The notes beneath the pieces are model-generated. The model did no database searches. It was not told the DNA's origin and saw only the letters and a program-made list of their open reading frames with translations. Of a stretch of DNA of 64,000 nucleotides, positions 39,026-50,113 are shown one piece after another. A program made the translations under genes and the position numbers. The number at the start of each line of letters is the position of its first letter. Position 1 is the stretch's first letter. Origin of the DNA: Camelus dromedarius (lineage: Eukaryota); the NCBI RefSeq assembly GCF_036321535.1, contig NC_087444.1, forward strand, positions 5,890,001-5,954,000, given 5' to 3'.

Positions 39026-40559
39026 AGACTTTAAAACACTGGGTGACAGGTGTGAAGAATTCTTGTTACAAAAGAACACTCTTATGTAATTATGGTTTTA
39101 TAACTAGTTACATCAGTTTCTAAATATTTAGTATTTAAGATTTCTGTGTCTTGTTTTTTTAAATGAAACCTATATGCAGTGCTCTGTACTGACGTAAGAA
39201 ATAAGGGATAGAAATGGATTCAAGAACTATATGAAAGCATTCTGGATAGGTGTGTGGCACTAGGTCATTTATCTGAGGAGTACTCCATTCTACTAATGAC
39301 TAAAAGCGTGATTTGAGAGCATTTTAATTTATTGCAAAAGTATGGACTTGAAGTGAGAATGTGATACATCTTTCAATTACCCGAAGGTAAATATTTAAGC
39401 TATTTATGAAATAGATACGTTCACTTATTGAATGTGCAGTTTGGTAAAAAACAAACAAACAAACATGATTTTTATTTTCAAAAGCAAAACTTCATCTTGT
39501 TTCAAATACACAGAGAAAGTAGGTCCCTAACCTAACTCGAAATCTATCTTGCTGGAGACAGGGTTCGCAGAGTGAACATAACTGTAGAAGGTGACATCTC
39601 TAAGTGCCAAAGAAACCCAGTGGACAGGTCTAGTGATCAGGGAGCGGGTAAATTCCAGGATGCACTGAGATAAAGTGATCATCACAACACGAAATGAGAC
39701 ACGTGGACCCCAGGAATCCCAAACTTCAGAAATTCTTTGGAAGGAGACACGGAAGTGATATGTATACACTGATTTTACAGAACAAGGAGGCAAGGGCTCA
39801 CCTCGAGTAGACAGTCTGTAAAATGATCACTGAGGTGCAAACTGGGAAGCAGATGCTGCGTTGTGGCGGCTTCATCTAGAATGACTAGGAAGTCTGACAA
39901 ATGGGACACTGGCTGAACACACAGCGTTCTTTCTGTGTGACGCTGAGCAGACTTGGAAGGGGACTTTAATGTAAAAGTGAAGGGACAGAAAGGGAAGGGG
40001 AGCTAACTGGGTGCCTCTATATGCTGTGAGAGATAGCTTTGACTGTGAATATGCCATCCTTATAAATACATTTATTATTATGAGTCTATGTATTTAAAAT
40101 CACATCAATTCAAAATTACTTTAGAAAACCAACCGCAAAACATGTGAAAGTTTAGTACCAAATGACTCTTGCTAGTGGGAATGAAGTTATGACAAGCTTC
40201 TTTGAGAAAGAGATAAAAGAAGAACTACTAGATTGAGACAGAACCAATTTGTATCTCTCTCCTATTGTGCTAGAGGAGGGAGGGAAATAAGAAGGAAATT
40301 TGTGCCAAATGACTATTACTTTAAAAAAAAATAGTTTCAGAAGGTAGTTCTAAAATGATTTCTGAAGGTTGCAAAGTCCATGATTTCAATGGAGAAAATA
40401 AAAATGTTCTTAGACTTGAGGAGTACAGCCAAGCTAGGCATTCAGCACTCCTTGTCCCAGGTACCCCTCCTAACAGCCCCATGAGGCCTGATTTGGGGTA
40501 GACCTTCAGCTCCCCGTGAAGGTGCAGAGGTCATCAGCTGGTAACTATGCTTTTGATGT

Positions 40560-40900
40560 TTAAACTCCATAAGTTCTTTGCATTGTTTATGTGGCCTCCA
40601 CCCAGTAACTCCTGAAACACTGAACTATCTGCAGTTTCTTGGCGAGATCATGTTTAGTCCCATCTCTGTGTCAGTTCTCTTGCTGTTCCCACTGCCTGAA
40701 ATGTTCCTCACCTTCCTTTCCCTATCCTTTCTTTAAGGTCCTTTGGAAATGTCACATCCTTTGGGGAGTCATCCTGGACCATCCTCAATGCAAATGTGCC
40801 TTCGTTCCTTTTCGTCCCTCTGGCGCTAGCAGGACATCACCTTGACTGACAGCACAAATGCACGCGTGCCTCTTCTTTTGTGGCATGAGCTCCGTAAGGG
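40560..40900 (+). mobile_element. L2 LINE fragment
   Basis: gctgttcccactgcctgaaatgttcc...ggaaatgtcacatcc...gagctccgtaagggcagg. Confidence 0.7.
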
Positions 40901-43009
40901 CAGGAGAAAAATCTAGTTTACTACCTCAACGCCCTGGGAAAGAAAATATGAGGAAGCTTCAGGAAACACTGAGCACGGCCAGGAAAGTTCCTGAAACGCC
41001 CTTCGGACTGTTTCTTCATGGGTTAAACATGGCCAGTGAAAATACCTGCCTCCCAGAGGTAAACAAGAAGCTGCATGTAGAGTGTTCCACAAAGCAGCTG
41101 CCACACTGTAAGCCATTAATGTTCCTACCACCACCACCACCATCATTATTCCCAGTTATTAATAAAATTCATCCCTTAACTTTCCGAAAGATCGAAAAGG
41201 ACTGTGTTTTCCTCCAAGACTTAAAGACTATTCATTTTAAGTTTTATAAAATCTACTGTCATTGGAAGATTACCATTTGAGTCGGAAGAGTCAGGATGAA
41301 AAACAAATTAACCTTTATTTCCTCTGTGATTTATATTTTGTCTTAACTTTGGATCAAAGCCTCTAAAGAATTATTAATTTGGGATACATTAACTTTTACC
41401 TGGAAGATACAGAAAGGACAATATCATTCTTATTTCCCTTTTTCTTTTAGGAGGTGGAAATTATAAGACATTTCCTAGCAGAAAAAACATTAGACTTAGG
41501 CGGACAGTCAGTTTTACGCTGGATTCACGCTGGGAGAGAAAACAATGAATGTTACACTTCATTTATAATTTCCACTGTGAACATGATAAGGACTAGTATA
41601 TTCTCAAATCAAATTAATCCACAGTTGTAGCATTTAAGATACAGTGAAAATCCCTAATTCAAGTGTACAGTATCACCTATAAAGCCAAAATAAATAGGGT
41701 AAGATAAGAGTTCTCAGTCTTGGGTTATAGTGTCAATGCGAGACTTGAGCTGTGCTAATTCAACAAGCTTGATCTTGATTGCCAAAGCATGCTTGTCAAT
41801 ATTTAGCTCCCAGGGGGCATGTCAGGCGCCTTCACAGAAACTAGCTTAAATACAAAATACTACATCAGGATTTGTGATCCTTTTCCTAACACTCAGATTA
41901 AACTGCTGATTTTCTTTCTTTTAGCTTTTTAGACCAGGAACGTGTTTTCCATACTTCTACAGTAACGAGAGGAGAAGTTGCGTAGAATTGTAAATGGTGT
42001 CATTAGGATTTCTTGAAACCCAGATAAAATTCTATCACACGAAATTACTATAAGGCTTTTTATCTGTGGTTTGAAATAGCACTTCCTCACCATGATTACA
42101 ATATAGAAAGCAGCTTGGGAAAAACGTTAATCCGTATTGAGAAATAAATGTAATGCAGATGAGATGATGGGTAATGAGTCTTATAAACTTAAAAACAAAT
42201 AGTTCACAATTTTAGTAACTCTGTACTTAAGATCTTCTGATACAAAGATGCAGTAAGGTTTCTAAGCTTCTGTAGCCACTTTTCTTTACATTTAAGGAAA
42301 TACAGTGAGGATCAAACTTACAATGAAGAGAATCTACATTTCTCTATGGTGATTAACTATAAAACATGTTATGGAAATTAGTATTTTTTTTCTAAATGAA
42401 TATATTTCTCTTCACCATCTGACTTCTCTGGCTTAATAGACGTGGATTAGCAATTTACATTTGCCTCTTTATTGAGCCTGACAAAGCATTCTATGAAATT
42501 GAGTATGATAAAGATTATGGCAAAAGTAAAAACAAAAACAAAATGTTAAACACATATCTTACATAAATGAAAAATTACTCCCTTCATTTGGTGATCAAAA
42601 TTTTCACTTTTGCCAACTTCATGGCTGAAAATGGCCTTGATATTATCTATCTTAGTTCTTCATCCAAAATCATGGCTAAAGATGAAGTCAGATCAATGCT
42701 GCAATAGTGAGAATCAGGCTAAAACAGCCAGAAGAACCAGACTACGATCCGGCCGGTTTTGGTTAGCTACAGACGGCCATGACTGACAGTCCTGATCTAT
42801 AATACTTACATGACAAATTTCTCCTCTCTGTCTACAAATTTCTGAATTGAAAACTCCAATGATTCATTGAAACGATACTAGTTTTGATTTATCGTATTTG
42901 TTTTACCAAGGGAAGACAAATGTCTATGAGACACTTTCTTAATTCTGTTTGAACTTGTATGTAGTGATAAATCTTTCCATCACTGCCCCTAACTGAAGCT
43001 TCCTAAACG

Positions 43010-43150
43010 TCAGATGACCCTCATAACTACCACCATATTCTACAGATGAGAAACTAGGCTTGGATCAATCAAGGGAGCCCAAGGCAACACCAGAAAGCTG
43101 CAAGTATTTAAACCAGAACTTGAACCTGGGTCTGCTGATTACAACCTTGG
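43010..43150 (-). mobile_element. MIR SINE
   Basis: attctacagatgagaaaactaggct...gaacttgaacctgggtctgctga. Confidence 0.7.
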
Positions 43151-43439
43151 GGCTCTGTCTTTATCAATGTATCAGAGATTTCCTGATCAAGGCAAAGCTT
43201 TTGTACAGACATACCGAAATTTCTGGACCTAAATTGTTTTTAGAGAAACTTTACTCTTCAGCACGTGTCAATGATTTAGTTAGGGAAAGATAAAACCTTG
43301 CTGTTCTCAGTTATGTTGCTTGTTCTCTTAGGAAACTACTTCAGGTTCCCCCCAATAGATGAAAATGGCAAATCAACTTTTATTCACTATCCCTTTTTTA
43401 TCCTTATGGGATCAACACCGCCTTATTGGATGCTGGGAA

Positions 43440-43870
43440 TCCTGATTATAAATTACATCTTACTACTCACGTTGTTCATCACACTCCTGCCTACTAGTGT
43501 TACTGTTTCTTTAATTCCTAAATTCATGGTAGTAGGTCCTTTGCATACCCCTTTCCCTCTGCCTGATGCTCTAAGTATCTCTATTATTGCATGATTGGCA
43601 CCTTTTATTCATACGAGTCTCAGCTCAAATGTTAATCCTCAGAGACACCTACCCTGAGCCCCAGTCTAGAGCTGCACCCCTTTATGTCTCTATCAAAATT
43701 ATAGCTCCTAGTTTTTCTCTTTTCACAACACGAGTTTCTGAGATTATCCTTACTTACTGTTTATTCCTCCTCTCCCTGCCCTCACCTCCTGTCTTTTTAT
43801 GCTCCGAGTCTAGAACAGTACCCAGCATATGGCAGGCTCTCTTACGAATATGTTTAAACGACAAAGGACT
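43440..43870 (+). mobile_element. L2 LINE 3' fragment
   Basis: gtctcagctcaaatgttaatcctcagagacacctaccctga...tctagaacagtacccagcatatggcaggctct. Confidence 0.8.
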
Positions 43871-44698
43871 GAATCAATCTCTTTAACATTCAGATAGAAT
43901 ACATCCCACAAAAATATTTTTCGGAATAACATTTGTCGTTATCAGCCCCATCTCTGGGAATTTGATTGCAGCAGGATTTCTGTCACTGTGATGTATAAAC
44001 AATCTCATTGTTGACTTTTCTATTAAGTAGTATATTTTTTAATATCACGACTGATTATGAAAAAATCTGGTATTTCAATCTTTTTACTAAACTTTTAAAC
44101 ACAGTAATTCTTTAATCATTTCACGTCTCCTACTAACTTGCTCAATTTCAAGCATGTAACCTATCTACCCATGAGTCAGAACATTTTAGGATTCTCCACT
44201 TAGATGATCAATTTTCTATGAAAATCTCATCCCTTTACTGTAGTATAAGTTTGATTCTTCCACTCAGAATTTTATAAATTAAACATTCCATATCAGATGT
44301 ATTCTACAACATTTTTATTGAGAAAAGTAATATATTGTGCTTTGAGTTAAAGTAAAAATTACTTTTAAGTCATATGAATTTAGACAAATAGCAGTATTGG
44401 ATAAAGTTATTACCAATTACCAGATTTTTTAAGATAAAAAGATGGAGATATCCAGAAATAAAGAACTTAATCTAAGTTTCTGAGAATTAGCTCATAATAA
44501 TTTTAATAGAATATGAATTTCAGAGAAATACTGTGCTATAAAACCTAGATGATTCGTCCCTCTGAGCTCAGAAGGGCATTAATAAATGTCCCCAGGCAGC
44601 ACCATGCACCTGGCTTAGGATGTCAAGGGAGCCTACTAGCCAGGGAACGAAAAATGGTGCGGCTGCGCTCAGAGTGCTCAGCGGCTAGGAGAGGCAAG

Positions 44699-44719
44699 CT
44701 CAGCACCACGGACAGAGCG
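44699..44719 (+). promoter_or_regulatory. RE1/NRSE element (REST/NRSF binding site)
   Basis: CTCAGCACCACGGACAGAGCG matches consensus TTCAGCACCACGGACAGCGCC at 18 of 21 positions. Both half-sites (TCAGCACC and GGACAG) and the 2-nt spacer are intact. Confidence 0.8.
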
Positions 44720-45596
44720 CGCACAGACAGCACCTCGACAGACTCCAGGAGCGCGACCCAATGCCTGATTCAGTAACACTGCGGCGCAGGGCCTGGATCT
44801 CTGGCCTTCCCGTGCAATTCAACTCAGTGCTCCACTGCACCTTGTCAAGTGACCTCTAGGGGACTGGAAATTTTCTCCATCTTTTATGTGAATATTTCAA
44901 ATGAATGCCACATCATCTGGCTCTGTCCCTCCCTTTAGCAGACTAGTGAGAAACAAGAGTTTTATTTAGGTCAGAGTAATTTATCTGACCCACAGTAGAA
45001 AGTTTCTGAAGAGCTTAGCATCGTAGCTGAAATGCTGATTTAAAAAGAGAGATGGAGTTGGGAACTCGTATTTTTCTCTTTGAGCTGGGACAGGTCTTCA
45101 AGGTAGCCCCAAGATGTAGGCTGCAAAGAATTATATTCCATATCATTCTTCAATTTTGGTGAGGATAAGGAGGCTTAAGACCTGATTTTGTGTCTGTCAG
45201 TTCTGAGGAACTGCAGAGTTAGATACAACTTCACAAGACTCCAGCGCCAGTCCGAAAGTTCAGGCGTAGATTCTTTTCTCAGCAGCGTGGTTTCTGCTGA
45301 GCCACTGAAGAGCAGCTCCATCGTGGGGGAGAACATGGTACTTAACATCGCAGCAGAGTCCTTTCGTTCCGACCCTCATGCAGTTAGCATACATGGACAC
45401 CATGCCCCATTTCTAAATCTCTCATCTTAAAGTGTCTGCCGGGCTTCCTCGGAGGATTAAATGAGAGAAGAAACAGGAAAGTGCGGGAGCTCTGAGTGTC
45501 CTGTGGAGGCACATTCTTTAGCTTTTCCGTCAGCTTTGTTAGCTGAACACAGGGTCCCTACTAACTGTTAGGGAGCTCTGAGTGTGTGCTTGAGGA

Positions 45597-45710
45597 GGGG
45601 AGGGTACAGCTCAGTGGTAGAGTGCATGCTCAGCACGCACAAGGTCCTGGGTTCAATCCTCAGTATCTTCATTAAACATAAATAAATAAAAACCTAATTA
45701 CTTCCTCCAA
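45597..45710 (+). mobile_element. Camelid-type tRNA-derived SINE (Vic-1-like)
   Basis: GGGGAGGGTACAGCTCAGTGGTAGAG (A box) ... GGTTCAATCC (B box), then an (AAAT)n tract and a CCTAATTAC tail. Confidence 0.88.
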
Positions 45711-45935
45711 GCAAGAAGAATCAAATATAAATGTGCAAAATCAATAAGACAGCCTAAAAAAAAAAAAGTGTGTGGTCAACACGGAAGACACCAAGCAGAA
45801 ATCTGACTCAGCAGTCAGCTTCTCTTTGGAAATTGTCCTCATTAGTCCCTCAAGAAGAACATACTTGTCCACAGCTCTGGCTGGCCCCCCACTTACTCCA
45901 AAGGCTAGATCTTTGAGTGCCTAATAATAACTTTT

Positions 45936-45990
45936 CAGTGTTTGCTATTTTTCCAGTGTTTGCTATTTTTCCAGTGTTTGCTATTTTTTC
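45936..45990. repeat. Three tandem copies of the 18-bp unit CAGTGTTTGCTATTTTTC
   Basis: Copies start at 45936, 45954 and 45972. The third has one extra T. Confidence 0.95.
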
Positions 45991-46597
45991 TTGTAGTCTA
46001 GGCAATCTAGGAATATTATTCAACTACTAGAAATGATAATCATGAAGAATTTCTAACAGCATGGCAAAGTACTCATGATGATCTAATTTTAAGTGAAAAA
46101 GAATGAGAATAAAATTGAACACTTTGTGCTCTTCTATGATGATAAACATAAATTGCTTGTGTGTGTAAACACATACATATATATAATGTACACATGCATA
46201 CACATGTATTAATGGTGAATGGTGGTTAGATCCAGAGGGGAGAATTACTGATTTTTGTCTTCTTCTTTCTATATTTCTCTATTATCCAGATAACAGTCTT
46301 CAACCTTTGGAGGTGTCAAATCCATTGACTTTGAGATGATTAAAGGCTGGAGTGATTTGATACGAAGGCTAATTGTTACATTACTGATAGTCTTGTCACT
46401 CACTGCTTAAGTCTCTTCCCTTTCCCAGCCTCAGCTGGGACCAACGGATGGATGCCATCTCTGCCATCCAAGGGCACTACACTTTTGCACAGAAAGGAGG
46501 AATATTTTGCCTTTTCCCCCAGACGCTGTTCCATGACAGCTTGCCTTTAACCATTAATGCTCGCCTGCTGTAAATGAGTATTTACTCATTGTGTTAA

Positions 46598-46946
46598 ATC
46601 AGTTTGGTTAGGCTGCCATTCCAAAATACTACAGACCGAGTGGCTTAAACAGTGGAAATTTATTTCTAACAATTCTGGAGTCTGGGAAGTTCAAGAGCAA
46701 GGTGCCAACTGATTCAGTTCCTCGGGAGAGGAGCGCTCTCTTCCTGCTTTTCCGACAGCCTCCTCTCACCTTGTCCTCACACGGAGCAGAGAGAGCGAGC
46801 TTTGGTGTCTCTTCCTCTTCTTATAATAGCATCACTTGTGATCTTATTTAACTTCATTACCTCCTCACAAGTCCTATCTCCAAACACACTGGGGATTAGA
46901 GCTGCAGCTAATGAATTTGGGGGGAGACATAATTTAGTCCATTGCT
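46598..46946 (-). mobile_element. MaLR solo LTR (MLT1A-D-like)
   Basis: aggctgccattccaaaatactacagaccgagtggcttaaacagtggaaatttatt...ctgggaagttcaagagcaaggtgcc...tttggggggagacataatttagtcc. Confidence 0.9.
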
Positions 46947-48779
46947 AAATAATTCACTGAAACTGAGATATGAGTCCTCAAATGTACATAAACATTCAAA
47001 TTTAGATAATCTGTAACTCCTCAAATTACCTCCCTGAGAAGTTACCTTACATTCAAGCTCTTACAGTCTTTTAATTATGTAGCACGTTCCCAATAAACTT
47101 ATTTTGAAAAAGAAACTACTTAATATATTTGGTATATTTCAGTATTTATCTGATAGAATTATTAAATGAGCAAGCAAATACATTTTAAAATAATTTAATC
47201 ATTATCTTGCATGATGGGAAGTGACCTCACAAATGAAAAGGCTGGATATGAAAATAAAAATTCCTTTAAAATGTAGAAGTTGTCAAGATCATGAATGTAT
47301 CCTTATATGATAAAGGAGAAAAAAGCCAAAATTGAGGTGATTTGGCTTTTGCAGCTTCATGTAAAATCCTCACTGACAAAATCACATATTACTTCAAAAC
47401 TTACTATAAATGTATTAGATGAAAGTAAAAATGTCTTCGGGAAGATTATATTGGGTAATTAAAAAACAGCTTCACTGGTGATAAATCACTATTATTGGTG
47501 ATGTGTGTGCGAGTTTGAGTATGACTGCTCATGAAATGAACCTGAGAAAGATTATTTCCAAATCAACACATTATTTTACAACACTGCAACTTTATGTATG
47601 TATGAGTAAGGAAATTATGACATTATATACTATTAAGTACTTGAAAATTTTCTTCAGAGACATTCAATTTATTTATTCAAGTTGGCTGAAAGCTTTTTTC
47701 TTAATCACCTCACTGGAAAATGGAGGATTGTCTTATAGTCATAGGCACCTTGTATTTGGACATAAACTGCCGTTACCAGATACTTAATCCACAAAAACCG
47801 TAGTGTGTACATGACAGACAAAATAGTGTCCAACACTAGCTCTTACACTGACACACTGGCGCTGGATGCTCATCTAACTGGCAGTTTTCTTCATTCCACT
47901 TAGCATAATTACAATTACCTTCTACGTGTTCAAGAATTGTTCCCCTACTAGATTGATTATAAGCACCTTGAAGGCCTGGGGCTGTATGTGTTTCCTTCGT
48001 GTCATTCCAGCAGACTTTCTGGCATATCTATTTCTCTCAAAAAGGAAAGAGGGAGAAAAGTAATCAGGAAGGCAATGGAATCAATATACACTTAACCATC
48101 TCCCACTAGGAGTCTGAAGTTATACACAATGGGAGGATGGATTTAGCTTTCCTGAGGGATGTGTGCCATTCTGGTGCTCAAAGGCAGAATGGTACCACGG
48201 AAGAATGTCTACAGACTCTAAGTCATGACCTTCAGGACTCGAAGTCCTTTCCCAAACCTGCCAGCTTGCATCTCTGGCCCAAGTGCTGACACTCCTTGTA
48301 TACGAGCTACTCCTTCGGGTTAAATCACAGATCTTCAGAAGAATCTAATTAAAATATACATAGATTATCTGGGGGAGCGACTTAGCTAAGCCATTTACAC
48401 CACTTCTCATTCACATGGACAGCTCTGAAGTCTGCGAGGGGATAAAACATAGGACAGGTAAACTCTGCCGTGAGTGTGAGGCCAGAAAACATTCAGAATA
48501 TGTGCAGTCACTACCGAAAGGTGGGGCTTGGGAGACAGATGCTTGGCTCAAGCAAGGAAGGGCAACATGAACACCGGGAATTTGCTAAAAGAGGAAGGAA
48601 AAGTGAGGGAGACAAAAACTTTGTCTAGTTACGTTCTCCAAGAGCCAGCCCTGCCTATGCTGAACGTTTTAAAGGGCTTAGTTATACAAGTTCTCTCACA
48701 AACTCTTCTGCGTATTTTCAGTAATTTTAGTCAGGAAGATTTTTCTGTTCTTATTCAGTATCTGTCTCGTGTTGATTCC

Positions 48780-49340
48780 CCAAGCATTTACTGAGTGCCC
48801 ACTACTACATACCCAGGGACTTTGCTAATACGAGATTAAAAAAAAAAAAAAAAAGACCAATAGCGCATTTCTGTGCTGAAAGATCTTTCAGACTACTAAG
48901 AGAGGTAAGCAAATCGTAACCACACCAAATGGAAAGTCCTGTGACGGATGCATGCTGAGAGCGCATGGAAGCCACTGAAGGGAACATATGGTTTAGCTAG
49001 AGAGTTCACAGAGATTTGTTCACACGCTGGAGAAAAACTGGGATTTCCCCACTCAGGGGGAAAGCAAGAGACAACAAGAAGCATGGGGACCCTGGAGCAT
49101 CTGAAGACCGGAGGGTGCTGCCCTGTGTCCGGAGTACGGCTGAGACTGGGGAGGTGGGCAGGCAGGGAAAACCAAGGCTAGACAGGGGCTTAGGGATGGG
49201 TCTGCGGGCATAAGGAGTTTGAACATTAAAGAAAGTTGGCTGTAATGTAAAGGACAGATAGGAGATGGGAGCGAAATGACAGAAGTAAAATCAAGTAGGA
49301 GTTTATTTCAATATTCCCAGTCAGAGATAGTCTTGGGGTT
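48780..49340 (-). mobile_element. L2 LINE fragment
   Basis: aagcatttactgagtgcccactac...gagactggggaggtgggcagg...ataaggagtttgaacatt. Confidence 0.7.
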
Positions 49341-50083
49341 TAGAAGAAAAAAGATCAGCTCAGAAAAACATTAAGTAAATGGGTTTTTTTAGGCTTTAGA
49401 AATCAATCAGATGTGGTAACACTTATCCCAGCCTCCTCTTATCATCTTAGATGAGGTAATGTGCACTGAACATAAAACTGTAATACAAATCAAAGAGGCT
49501 GTAGCTCTAAATTCAGTATTTTTCAAGAAATCTGCATATTCTCCACTCTCTACCGATACTATATTTTGAAAGCCCTGCAAAAGCATCAGTTTTATTAATG
49601 CAGATTAAAATAATGTAAAGAACAAATTACCAGGGCATAAATAAACAGATCACTTTCAATTTATTGCCCACTCATCACTGCTCTCTACTTCACTACATTC
49701 CAAATTAATTGTCTTTATTCCCCCTTCTCCCACTTGGTGAACCACTGAGTCATGGTATCTGAATGGAAGCACTTCCACACTTAGAATAACTGATCTCAAG
49801 CACGCTCCCTTATGACTCAGCACTCCCTGTATTCTTCTCTCTGAAGTGTGTTTGTATCAGTGACCCTAGCTTCATCTGCCCTTATATCACAGTGTTCCTT
49901 TCTAAGAGCATACCAGTATCCTGAGATAATTGTGAGCCTCTGTTTGAAAGATGATTTCTTTCTCCCCCTGCAATTTGAAGTTAGGGCCACAGATTTTGTC
50001 AAAGGCAAACAAGCACATTTTTCTCTTTTAAAAGCACAAGTTTCGAACACCTGTGAAAGGTCTCAATTCGGCTGGACACTCTG

Positions 50084-50113
50084 CCAAGTCCAAGTCCAAT
50101 TCCAAGTCCAACT
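50084..50113. repeat. Five imperfect copies of CCAAGT
   Basis: ccaagt ccaagt ccaatt ccaagt ccaact. Confidence 0.85.

Noticed and set aside
45597-45670. Functional tRNA gene
   Set aside because: The tRNA-like head continues into the SINE (AAAT)n and CCTAATTAC tail, and a second diverged copy sits at 17172-17286. It is a SINE.
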